A DNA stretch of 64,000 nt from an uncultured beta proteobacterium. GTDB lineage: Bacteria; Pseudomonadota; Gammaproteobacteria; Burkholderiales; SG8-39. The stretch spans positions 137 through 64,136 of the forward strand of contig CAWJNP010000035.1 in assembly GCA_963844255.1 (NCBI GenBank), given 5' to 3'. Positions 10,011-19,199 of the stretch are shown piece by piece. The notes beneath the pieces were generated by a model, which saw only the letters and a list, made by a program, of their open reading frames with translations, made no database searches and was not told the DNA's origin. Both the position numbers and the translations under genes were made by a program. Within the stretch, counting starts at the first letter, position 1. The number at the start of each line of letters is the position of its first letter.

Positions 10011-10028
10011 TTGTATCGATAACGATAC
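10011..10028. promoter_or_regulatory. 18-bp palindrome TGTATCGATAACGATACA (copy 2) in the divergent promoter region between the XRE regulator and the UGSC-selenoprotein gene
   Basis: It differs by one base from the copy at 46-63. It lies 19 bp upstream of the XRE start codon and about 140 bp upstream of the ATG at 10169. Confidence 0.55.
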
Positions 10029-10168
10029 ACTAACTGACACCAAAGTGGCTACAGAAGCGGACTTTGCCAAATAGATTAGTCAGATTCAGGCGGACTGCGG
10101 GTGGTGGCCACGGTGGGCCATCTGCGTGCTAGCATCGCCTGAAACCGGCACCTTCCAGGAGAGCGCAC

Positions 10169-11899
10169 ATGGTCAGCATCGAGTTCTACGATCCTTCCGG
10201 CGGCATCGAGGTCACGCAACCGCACGCCGCGCGCCTGGACACGCTGGCCGGCAAGCGGATCGGCATCGTCACCAACGAGCAATGGCAGGCCTATCGGATG
10301 CTGCCGATGCTGAAAGAGTGGTTCGAACGCGATTTTCCGGACAGCGAAGTGCTGCCGATTGACGCCTTTCCGCAGGGCAACGGGCTGATCGGCGAGCCGG
10401 AGACTGCGCGGCTGGTGCAGGCCTCGGGTGTCGACGCGGTGATCATCGGCAACGCCGCCTGAGGGTCCTGCGCCACAGCGTGCGGCCGTGCTGCCGCACA
10501 CATCGAAGCACTGGGCATCCCCACCGTGACGCTCACGCGGTCGGATTTCGTCGGTGTCATGAAGAATGCCATCTCGGGCCTCGGCCTTGCGCCGGATGCG
10601 GCCATGGTCGAGTTTTCGATCGAGCTGTTCCTGCCCGGCAGCGATATCGGCGCGGTCGAGGCCCGCAGGCATGAGTTCTATGCCGGGCTGACCGGCTGGA
10701 AATCCGTGCTGCAACCCTCGGCTGACGGCGCCGTGCCGATGCTGAGCGTCGCGGGTGCGAGCTACGAAGACGCGCTGGAGCGTGCCAACCACCTGCTGAT
10801 CACCAGCCTGCAGGGCGACGGCCTGCCGCTGTGGCCGGCCACGCGCGAGCGCGTCGAGCGGATCCTCGCAGGCAGCGCGCAGCCGCGCACGCAGCTGCTC
10901 GGCAAGTTTCCGCCGCGCGGCGGGCTCGCCACGGTCGAAACCTGCGCGGTCGCGCTGGCGATGGCGGGAGGGCGGCCCGAATACCTCCCGGTGCTGATCG
11001 CCGCGGTCGAAGCCTTCCTCGATCCGGACACCAACGCCGAGCAGCTGCAGGCGGCCTCGGGCAGCGCGTTCCCCGTGGTCATCGTCAACGGTCCCATCGC
11101 AAAGCAGATCCGCCTGAATTCGGGATTCGGATGCCTCGGGCCCGACCCGCAGCGTCCGGCCGGTGCGAGCATCGGCCGCGCGCTGCGCCTCATACAGCAG
11201 AACGTCGGCGGCGCGCTGCCCGGCATCGGCGCGATGGCCAACTATGGCGGCATGCGCGCCACCAACATGGTGTTCGCCGAGGACGAAGACACTCTTCCCC
11301 CGGGATGGCCCACGCACGCCGCAGAGCGCCACGGATTTGGGCCGGGCGTGAACTCGGTTTCGCTGCTGTTCGCCAACGGTGCGACCAACATCCGGCGGCG
11401 CGGCGCGATGAAGGAAACGCCGGAAGAAGACGCCACCCAGGGCATGCACCGCATGGCCGATTTCATGCGCGTGCCGAACCTCACCAACCTGCAGGGCTGG
11501 GAGCACGGCACGCCCGGGGCGCTGCTGCTGCCCGGGATCGTTGCGCAGAACATGGCCAGGCTGGGCTGGACCAAACCTGCGATGCGCGAATTCTTCTGGA
11601 CGCATTCGCGGATTCCGGCCGCCGAGCTGCGACGCGCGGGCGGCCCGGCGTGGATCGAGATGGACGCGAACCCGGTCACGCGCGCCAGCGTCGCGCTCGA
11701 CCCCTGGCCGCTCACCGCGGTTCCGGAAAACTTCGTGATCGTCGTTGCGGGGGGCGGGCACCCGACCAACAGCTTCTGGCTGCAGGGCTACAGTCCGCGC
11801 GTGACGGGGCGCGAGATCCATCTGCCGAATGGCTACGATCGCCTGCTCGCGCAGGCCGACCGCGACCTGGGCTGCGGATCGGACGCCTGCCTGATCTGA
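10169..11899 (+). CDS. Putative selenoprotein of about 576 aa: an N-terminal domain carrying the U-G-S-C motif (in-frame TGA at 10460-10462 read as selenocysteine) fused to a roughly 480-aa C-terminal region of unknown function
   Basis: The ATG at 10169 has an AGGAGA Shine-Dalgarno 7 nt upstream. The 97-codon ORF ends at TGA, and the next codons in the SAME frame are GGG-TCC-TGC (G-S-C), continuing without a stop to 11899. The downstream part has no independent Shine-Dalgarno at its candidate starts (GTG 10526, ATG 10558). A hairpin with a GU-containing loop lies just downstream of the TGA. Function of the C-terminal region was not recognised. Confidence 0.6.
10480..10499 (+). other. Candidate bacterial SECIS-like hairpin, 18 nt downstream of the in-frame UGA
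   Basis: The stem GTGCGGC/GCCGCAC (7 bp) with a 6-nt loop cGUgcu lies inside the coding sequence. The position and the apical GU are compatible with a bSECIS, though spaced about 6 nt further than in E. coli fdhF. Confidence 0.4.
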
Positions 11900-11900
11900 G

Positions 11901-13314
11901 GTGACGCGCGCGTCCTCCGCCGGCCGTCCCGTCCTCGGCCTGTGCGTGGTCGGGTTGGGCGCCTCGCTGCCGCCGCTGGACCTCGCGGTCAATGTCGCGT
12001 TTCCGGCGATTACCGCCGCATTCAGTCTGGACACACCCGGAATCCGATGGGTGGTGGCCGCCTATGTCGTGAGTTATGCGAGCCTGATGCTTGCGTTCGG
12101 CAGCCTCGGGGACCTCATCGGCTACCGGCGGATCTTTCGCGCGGGACTCGTGCTCGGTGCCGTGGCCTTCGTGCTCTGCGCCCTTGCGCCCGACTACGCC
12201 TGGCTGCTTGCGGCACGCACGGTGCAGGGCGTCGCCGCCGCGCTGCTCCTGAGTTGCGCGCCCGCGCTGGCGACTTCGCTGTTCGAGGAGAGTCGCCGGA
12301 TCTGGGTGCTCGGCGCGTATTCGAGCATGGCCGCCGCGGCCGGTGTGGTCGCGCCCTTGCTCGGCGGCGCCAGCATCGCGGTGTTCGGCTGGGCGGGGGT
12401 GTTCTGGTTTCGCGTGCCGATTGCCCTGCTAGCCCTGCTCCTGCTGCCCGCATTGCCGGTGCTGCCGCATGCCGGGCATCCGCTGGCGGCGCGCAGGTTC
12501 GATGCCGCCGGCGCGTCCCTGCTGGGTGCGGGCATCGCCATGCTGCTGCTGGCCCCGATGCTGGTGCAGGCGGCCGAAGCGCCATGGCTTGCGTTTTCGG
12601 CCGCCGCCGCGGGTACGTTCCTGTTCGCCGGGTTCCTGCGCCACCAGCGCCGTGCCGCGCAGACCGTGCTGCCGCTTGCGTTGCTACGCGATTCCGGCTT
12701 CGTGTTCCTCAATCTGGTCAGCAGCGCGGTACATTTCTGCGGCTTTACGGTTCCGCTGATCGTGCCTTACTACCTGACCCGCATCTCGGGCTACGGTCCG
12801 CTGGATGCGGGTGGCGTGCTGACGGCGTGGCCGCTCGGCATGCTGGCCGGTTCGGCGCTCGGTGCGCCGGCGGCGCGCGCGTTCGGGCGCGGGCGCACCG
12901 CGCTGATCGGTGGCGGGTTGCTGGTCATCGGCCTGGTCGCCATCGGGTTCTGGCCGGCGGCGCTGGCCGCGCTGCCCATGCTGCCGGGCCTGTTCCTGCA
13001 TGGCGCGGGAATCGGCCTGTTCCAGGTGGCCTATACCGACATGGTGATTGCGATGCTGCCGCAGCATGACGCGCGGCGTGGCCGGCAGCCTGACGATCCT
13101 CACGCGCACCGTCGGCATCATGCTCGGTGCGGCAGGACTGAGCGCGGCGCTGCAACTTTCCGAGGCGGGGTATCTCACCGCGGGACGCGCCGCGCCGGAG
13201 GCGTTTCTTGCCGCGTTCCAGTCGGTGTTCCAGTATGCCGCGGCCGGATTCGCAATCCTGCTGGCACTCAGCTGCCTGCACCGCCGCGTCTGGGTCGATG
13301 CGCGTGGCGATTGA
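11901..13314 (+). CDS. MFS transporter (12-14 TM, DHA-like); apparent frameshift near 13065-13075
   Basis: The GTG start overlaps the selenoprotein stop. The TM-rich MFS signature runs up to MLPQHD in frame 0. The conserved continuation RGVAGSLTILTRTVGIMLGAAGLSAAL is in the +1 frame (ORF 13048..13314). Confidence 0.8.
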
Positions 13315-14179
13315 TCAGCCGCCCTGGCTGCGTATCTCCGTCAGAACCGGCCGCAGGTAGTCGAGGAAGGCTTCCGGATTCTCGCTCATCGGGAAATGGC
13401 CCAGCCCCTTCATGATCGTGACCTTCGCGCCCTTGATGAGGGCCGCAGCGGCCTCGGTGTCCCTCGGTGAGGCCGAGTAGTCGTACTCGCCGGTCAGCAT
13501 GTAGAGCGGACACACCGTGGTGTCGATCGCGCCGATGCGCGCCCGGATGTCGCCTTCCACCTGATAGAAGAAGAGATCCCCGGTGAACACGCCCGGCCCG
13601 CCCTGCATGTAGTGCCAGACCGTCTCCCATCGATGCGCCTCGGGGCTCAACGGCGACATCAGCCCGTAGGCGACCGCGCCGCAGGCCTGCCCGCCATGCA
13701 CCTCGGCATGATTCAGCCAGGCCGATTCGTAGTAGCGCTCGACATAGGCCGCTGACTGCAGCCCGACCAGGGCACGCAGTTCGGAAGCGTGTTCGAGGGC
13801 CAGGTTGAGCACGATGCGACCGCCGATCGAGCAGCCCATCACGACCGGGCGATCCTTGCCGTGCAGGCCGAGCGCCTTCGCGACCGCCATGATCTGGCGC
13901 GTATAGCTTTCGGTGGTGAGCCGGTAGTCGTCCTTTTCCCAGCCCTCGGGCGGCGAGGACTTGCCGTGCCAGGGCATGTCGAATGCGATGACGCGATAGT
14001 GACGGGTGATCTCCGGGTCGTTCAGCACCGCGCGGAACTGGCGGCTGTCGGAGCCCGCAGTGTGCAGGCAGAGCGAGCGGGATGCCTTGTCCGGCTTCCT
14101 CGAAATACAGGCGATGCGGCTTGCCATCGAGTTCCATGTGCACGTAGCGGCCGGTGACGTTCTCCAGACGGGCAGTCAT
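13315..14179 (-). CDS. Alpha/beta-fold hydrolase (GCSIGG nucleophile elbow); apparent frameshift near 14085
   Basis: The N-terminus MTARLENVTGRYVHMELDGKPHRLYFEEAGQGIP is in one frame (start 14179). The remainder LCLHTAGSDSRQF...GCSIGG...H is in the frame of ORF 13315..14127. The stop abuts the MFS stop (TGATCA, no intergenic space). Confidence 0.8.
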
Positions 14180-14538
14180 GCGGCCACCCTGCGCGGCGAG
14201 GCCAGCACCAGCTTGAGGTACAGAAGATAGGCCATCAGCACGCGCTGGTCGCCTTCGAAGGCCACATCGCCCCGGCGCAGAAGCGCAAAGAAATCGTGCC
14301 AGCCGGGCGCGGGCACGGGTCGCCAGAATTTTTCCCAGCATTCCGCCTTCGCGCGGATCGCGAAGCGCCAGGCGCGCATCACGAAGGGCCCCTTGGCCAC
14401 GGGTTCGATGCGCCCGGCGCGCACCGTGAGTAGGTATTGCTGCTCGCCGACCTCGACCATGAAGGTCTCGTTCATGTCGCGGCCCCAGCGCACGATGGCG
14501 GGGTCACCGTTCACCAGTTCGGGGATGCGTTCGATCAT
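14176..14538 (-). CDS. Hypothetical 120-aa protein (possibly an SCP2-like small lipid-binding fold), translationally coupled (ATGA) to the alpha/beta hydrolase
   Basis: The ORF stop TGA overlaps the hydrolase ATG as gcATGAct. No confident family assignment could be made. Confidence 0.5.
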   Translation of the reverse strand: MIERIPELVNGDPAIVRWGRDMNETFMVEVGEQQYLLTVRAGRIEPVAKGPFVMRAWRFAIRAKAECWEKFWRPVPAPGWHDFFALLRRGDVAFEGDQRVLMAYLLYLKLVLASPRRVAA

Positions 14539-14559
14539 GTGTCGCTCCTTGGGAGGATC

Positions 14560-15729
14560 CTAACCCTGGGGTTTGTCGAAGCCGAGCGCTGCTGCCCGCG
14601 CGAGACAGCGCCGGTGCCGCTCGTCGACCCGGTTGGCAAACCATTCGGTCGTGAGCTTGCGTTTGATCTTCGGTCCGTGCAGGGCAATGCGCGGCAGGAC
14701 CGCACGCGGCAGGGGTTTGCGCTCGATGCGCTCGGCCAGTTCGTAGACGCGCGCATACAGCGTGGTGCGCTCGAATTCCCTGCTGCCACCTTGCTCGAGG
14801 GCGTCGCGGATGTCGTCGCCACCCATGCCGAGCCTCTTGCCGAGGGAGCGCACCGCGCGCTCGGTGCTGCCCGGCGCCGAATCGGAACCCGCACCGTGGC
14901 GTATCAGATCGCCATCGAGATCGAGCGGGATGCCCGAGGCCAGGCTCACCGCATTCTGGAACGCGGCGTTGCGGCTGGCATAGCGGCCGGCGTTGAAGTC
15001 GGCGAATCGATAGATGGGCTTGTCGTACGCAGCCGGATAGTCGAGCAGGTGGGCAATGCCGAAATACAGCCCGCCGCGCCGCGTAAATACCTCGTGGCGG
15101 ATCGAACCGGACACCGGGTAGGGGTAGTCGCGCGAGCGCGTGCGGCTTTCGGCGAAGGCGATGCTGACCTGCATTGCACCTCCTGTCCGCACCGGATTCA
15201 GTCCGGCGAAGAGTCTTTTGCCGAGCGGGACCTCGCTGATGAGGTCTTCGAATATTTCGCTCAGTTCCCTTTCGGTCTTTACGGCATCGATGCGTTCGCC
15301 ATAGGACTTCCCGTTCGGGGATGAAAGTTTCAAGGCGACGCGCACCGCAAACGCCGGGACGCCCAGGCTTTCGGCGCGGCGGTCGATTTCTTCCCATGAA
15401 ATTTTGGGGAGCTGAGGCACGGCGGGGTCGGCCTGGAAACCCGATTCCTGCTCGCTGATTGCCAGCACCGCGCAGGTGTTGGAAGCGGTCGGTGCGATTT
15501 CCATCGCCGCAAATGCGGCATAAATGTCGACCGCCCACCCCTGTCGATCGCGCACAGTCGTTGGGAGCAGGTTGACGATTTTTGCGCGCACATCCGCCGG
15601 CCGGGGTGGCTGGGTGTCGGGCAGTCGTTCATCGGTGGCACAGCCGGACATCAGCGCAACGGCCAGGGCAGGCAGCCACGCGGCCGTGCGAAATCGAAAG
15701 GGCGGTTGAACGGGAAATCTCAATTGCAT
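14560..15729 (-). CDS. Conserved lipoprotein (DUF1615-like, unknown function)
   Basis: 389 aa with a signal peptide and LMSGC lipobox. The family is assigned from memory and is uncertain. Confidence 0.6.
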   Translation of the reverse strand: MQLRFPVQPPFRFRTAAWLPALAVALMSGCATDERLPDTQPPRPADVRAKIVNLLPTTVRDRQGWAVDIYAAFAAMEIAPTASNTCAVLAISEQESGFQADPAVPQLPKISWEEIDRRAESLGVPAFAVRVALKLSSPNGKSYGERIDAVKTERELSEIFEDLISEVPLGKRLFAGLNPVRTGGAMQVSIAFAESRTRSRDYPYPVSGSIRHEVFTRRGGLYFGIAHLLDYPAAYDKPIYRFADFNAGRYASRNAAFQNAVSLASGIPLDLDGDLIRHGAGSDSAPGSTERAVRSLGKRLGMGGDDIRDALEQGGSREFERTTLYARVYELAERIERKPLPRAVLPRIALHGPKIKRKLTTEWFANRVDERHRRCLARAAALGFDKPQG

Positions 15730-15735
15730 GAAGGG

Positions 15736-16449
15736 CTAGACGCCGAGGTAGCGGTGCCACAGGCCGTGGTCGGCATCGAGCTCGGCGGAGGTTCCCTGCC
15801 AGGCCACACGGCCGCGCTCTAGGATGGTGTGGCGGTCGGCGAGCTTGATGAGCCGTTCGACGTACTTGTCGACGACCAGGATGGTCTGTCCCGCCGCGCG
15901 CAGGGTTGCGAGGCAGTGCCAGATTTCCTCGCGAATGAGCGGCGCAAGGCCTTCGGTCGCCTCGTCGAGTACGAGCAGGTGCGGATTGGTCACCAGCGCA
16001 CGGCCGATGGCGAGCATCTGCTGCTCGCCGCCCGAGAGCTGGTTGCCCATGTTGCCCGAGCGCTCCCTGAGCCGCGGGAACAGGCCGTACACCTTGTCCA
16101 CGGTCCAGGGGTCGGAACGCCCGCTGCGGTTGCCGGCGAACGCGACGAGGTTTTCGCGCACCGTGAGGTTGGGAAAGATCTGCCGTCCCTCGGGCACCAG
16201 CGCGATGCCGGCGCGCGCGATCCGGTCCGGGGACTGGCGCTCGATGCGCCGGCCGCGAAACGCGATCGCGCCGCCGCGCGCGGGGGTGAGTCCCATGATC
16301 GAGCGGATCGTTGTGGTCTTGCCCATGCCGTTGCGGCCGAGCAGCGCCACGCACTCGCCGGGCCCGATCTCGAGGTCGATGCCGAACAGCACCTGGCTGC
16401 GGCCGTAAGCGGTCTCCAGCCCTTCCATCCGCAGCAGGGAATCGCTCAT
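15736..16449 (-). CDS. livF: Branched-chain amino acid ABC transporter ATP-binding protein LivF
   Basis: Walker A GRNGMGKTT, ABC signature LSGGEQQ and Walker B LLVLDE. It is the last gene of the liv operon. Confidence 0.9.
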   Translation of the reverse strand: MSDSLLRMEGLETAYGRSQVLFGIDLEIGPGECVALLGRNGMGKTTTIRSIMGLTPARGGAIAFRGRRIERQSPDRIARAGIALVPEGRQIFPNLTVRENLVAFAGNRSGRSDPWTVDKVYGLFPRLRERSGNMGNQLSGGEQQMLAIGRALVTNPHLLVLDEATEGLAPLIREEIWHCLATLRAAGQTILVVDKYVERLIKLADRHTILERGRVAWQGTSAELDADHGLWHRYLGV

Positions 16450-17201
16450 GCGATCGCCTCGTCGCCGAGGTAGGCGCGCTTCACTTCGGCGTTGTCGCGG
16501 ATCTCTCCCGGCGTGCCGGTCGCGATGATGCTGCCGTTGACCAGTACCGAGATCCGGTCGGCCAGACGGAACACGGCGTCCATGTCGTGCTCGACCAGCA
16601 GCACGGTCGCGCGTTCGCGAACCCGCCCGATGAGTTCAATCATGCGTTGAGATTCGTCCGGTCCCATGCCGGCCATCGGCTCGTCGAGCAGCACCAGCTT
16701 CGGCTGCGTGGCCAGCGCGAGCCCGACCTCCAGACTGCGCTGTTCGCCATGCGCGAGATTCCCGGCCTGCGTCCCGATGCGCCCTGCAAGCCCGATGTCC
16801 GCTGCGATCCGGCGGGCTTCCTCGAACAGGGCGGCCTCTGACGCAACCGGACGCCAGAACCCGAGGCTCGAGCCGCTGCGTGCCTGCACCGCCAGGGCAA
16901 GGTTGTCCTCGACGCTGAACTTCCCGAAGATGCTGGTGATCTGGTAGCTGCGCGCAAGGCCTGCGCGCACGCGCGCATGTTGAGCTGTTCCGGTGATGTC
17001 CGCACCGTCGAATTCGATCCGTCCGCCATCGGGCGCGAGCGAGCCCGCGATCTGCGCGATCAGCGTGGTCTTGCCGGCGCCGTTCGGTCCGATCAGGGCA
17101 TGCACTTCGCCGCGACGCACCGACAGGCTGACGCTGTCGGTGGCAACGACCCCGCCGAAATGCTTCTGCAGGCCGTCTATTTTCAGGAGCTCGTCACTCA
17201 T
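16446..17201 (-). CDS. livG: Branched-chain amino acid ABC transporter ATP-binding protein LivG
   Basis: MSDELLKIDGLQKHFGGV... with Walker A GPNGAGKTT. The start at 17201 (MSDELL) is preferred over the 17234 ORF start by alignment to E. coli LivG. It has a 4-bp overlap with livF. Confidence 0.88.
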   Translation of the reverse strand: MSDELLKIDGLQKHFGGVVATDSVSLSVRRGEVHALIGPNGAGKTTLIAQIAGSLAPDGGRIEFDGADITGTAQHARVRAGLARSYQITSIFGKFSVEDNLALAVQARSGSSLGFWRPVASEAALFEEARRIAADIGLAGRIGTQAGNLAHGEQRSLEVGLALATQPKLVLLDEPMAGMGPDESQRMIELIGRVRERATVLLVEHDMDAVFRLADRISVLVNGSIIATGTPGEIRDNAEVKRAYLGDEAIA

Positions 17202-18189
17202 GGTCGCCTGATCGGGAGCCGAAGACGCGCGCAAACAGGGCGGAAAAAATTCCGGCGATACCTCTGGGCGCGAACAGCACTGCGGCGAGCAGGACGCTGC
17301 CTACCGCAAGCAATGAATGCTGCTGGTAATCCGGATAGAGCGCGGCGAGCCACGCAATGCGGTAGTTGGCGAGAAACTCCTCCAGTCCCAGCAGTCCGAC
17401 TGCGCCCAGCACTCCGCCGTACAGGGTGCCGACGCCGCCGAGAATCACCATGATCATCAGGGTGCCCGACTCGGTCCAGTGCAGGATTCCGGGATTGACG
17501 TAGCTGTTCTGGTTGGCCAGCAGCGCGCCGGCAAGCCCGCCGAGCGCGCCGGCGAGCGCAAAGCAGATCAGCTTGTAGCGAAACGCGGGGAACCCGATGG
17601 CCTCCATGCGTGTTTCGTTTTCGCGGATCGCCTGGATCACGCGACCGAAGCGCGCGTTGACCAGGCGCGAAAGGAGGGTCAGCACCGTGGCGAGGATGCC
17701 GAGAACGATGTAGTAGAACGTCATGTCGTCCCTGAGATCGAGGCCGAATCCGACGGTGGCGCGCTCTGTAAGGGTGAGGCCCTCGTCGCCGCCGTAGGCT
17801 TTCATCGACACCGTGAGGTAGTAGATCATCTGCGCAAAGGCCAGGGTGATCATGATGAAGTAGACCCCGCGGGTGCGCAGCGACAGCGCACCGATGGCGA
17901 GCGCCAGCAGGCCGGAGACCGCCATGGCCAGCGGCCAGCCGAGCCACGCGCAGGTGGCGCCTTCGACAATCATCACCGACGCGGTGTAGGCGCCTGCGCC
18001 GACAAAGGCCGCATGGCCGAACGAGATCATGCCGCCGTAGCCGAGTATCAGGTTCAGGCTGGTGGCCGCCAGCGCGTAGATCAGGATCCGGCTGGCCATC
18101 GTGACGTAGTAGAGCTGGTCGAGTGACTTCATCGCGATCGGAAACGCGATCGCGGCGAGCAGCAGGACGACTGGGAGGAGCCGACGCAT
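17194..18189 (-). CDS. livM: Branched-chain amino acid ABC transporter permease LivM
   Basis: 331-aa polytopic permease in liv operon position. Confidence 0.88.
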   Translation of the reverse strand: MRRLLPVVLLLAAIAFPIAMKSLDQLYYVTMASRILIYALAATSLNLILGYGGMISFGHAAFVGAGAYTASVMIVEGATCAWLGWPLAMAVSGLLALAIGALSLRTRGVYFIMITLAFAQMIYYLTVSMKAYGGDEGLTLTERATVGFGLDLRDDMTFYYIVLGILATVLTLLSRLVNARFGRVIQAIRENETRMEAIGFPAFRYKLICFALAGALGGLAGALLANQNSYVNPGILHWTESGTLMIMVILGGVGTLYGGVLGAVGLLGLEEFLANYRIAWLAALYPDYQQHSLLAVGSVLLAAVLFAPRGIAGIFSALFARVFGSRSGDHE

Positions 18190-18193
18190 GCGC

Positions 18194-19123
18194 TCAGCCT
18201 CGCGCCGGGAACAGGCCCTGCGGCCGCCAGAACAGCACGCCGGCCATCAGAACGTAGATGAGGATCGAGGCCAGCGCCGGGCCGATCGCGCCGGCAAAGG
18301 CGGGCGTCAGGAATTCGCGCAGGATCGCCGGGATGAACGCACGGCCCATGGTGTCGACCATGCCGACGAGGATCGAGCCGACCAGTGCACCGCGGATCGA
18401 GCCGATGCCGCCGATCACGATCACCACGAAAGCGAGGATCAGGATGTTCTCGCCCATGCCGACCTGCACCGCGAAGATCGGCCCGAGCATCGCGCCGGCC
18501 ACTGCGCACAGCGCCGCGCCGAAACCGAATACCAGGGTGAACAGGCGCTTGATGTCGACGCCCATCGCGAGCGCCATCTCGCGGTTCGATGCGCCGGCGC
18601 GCACCAGCATGCCCAGGCGCGTCTTCGCGACGACGAAATAGAGCAGTACCGCAACCGCAAGGCCGACGCCGATGATCAGCAGCCGGTAGGCGGAGTAGGG
18701 CATGCCGGGAAGCAACTGGACCGGACCCGCGAGCGCATCCGGCGCGGAAAGCGGCAGGTCCGAACCCCAGATCATGCGCACCAGTTCGTTGATGATCAGG
18801 ATCAGCGCAAAGGTGGCCAGCACCTGGGAAAGGTGGTCGCGCGCATACAGCGTTCTGAGGACCGTGACTTCGAGCAGCATCCCGACGACGGCGGTCGCGG
18901 GGACCGCAAGCAGCACGCCGAGCGTGAACGACCCCGTGGCCTGCACCAGGGTCGCCGCAAGGAACGCGCCGACCATGTAGAGCGATCCATGCGCGAGGTT
19001 GATCATGTCCATGATGCCGAACACCAGCGTCAGGCCGGCGGCAAGCAGGAACAGCATCAGGCCGAACTGCACGCCGTTCAGGGACTGCTCGAGGATCAGG
19101 ATGTAGGACATGGCAGAAATCAA
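18194..19123 (-). CDS. livH: Branched-chain amino acid ABC transporter permease LivH
   Basis: 309-aa permease with the typical MISAMSYILILEQSLNG N-terminus of LivH. Confidence 0.88.
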   Translation of the reverse strand: MISAMSYILILEQSLNGVQFGLMLFLLAAGLTLVFGIMDMINLAHGSLYMVGAFLAATLVQATGSFTLGVLLAVPATAVVGMLLEVTVLRTLYARDHLSQVLATFALILIINELVRMIWGSDLPLSAPDALAGPVQLLPGMPYSAYRLLIIGVGLAVAVLLYFVVAKTRLGMLVRAGASNREMALAMGVDIKRLFTLVFGFGAALCAVAGAMLGPIFAVQVGMGENILILAFVVIVIGGIGSIRGALVGSILVGMVDTMGRAFIPAILREFLTPAFAGAIGPALASILIYVLMAGVLFWRPQGLFPARG

Positions 19124-19199
19124 AAGGGCGGAGTCTTGGCTCCGCCCTCGGGTCAGCGGGGAGGTCTGAGGAGGGGCGGCAGCCCCTCTTCTCGTCTCG

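Noticed and set aside
9993-10168. Search for a RelE/HigB-type toxin gene paired with the XRE antitoxin-like regulator
   Set aside because: No ORF of suitable size or character lies on either side of the XRE gene. It appears to be an orphan regulator.
10526-11899. Treating the 457-aa ORF as an independent gene that starts after the TGA
   Set aside because: It is in exactly the same frame as the upstream ORF, with no stop between the TGA and 11899. No Shine-Dalgarno precedes GTG 10526 or ATG 10558. The residues immediately after the TGA (GSCATACGRAAAHIEALGIPTVTL) are protein-like. Read-through as Sec is more parsimonious, though not proven.
10076-12034. 652-aa minus-strand ORF covering the whole UGSC-selenoprotein locus
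   Set aside because: The composition is Arg/Ala/Gly/Pro-rich junk typical of antisense frames in high-GC DNA. The plus-strand ORFs have a Shine-Dalgarno, protein-like sequence and operon context.
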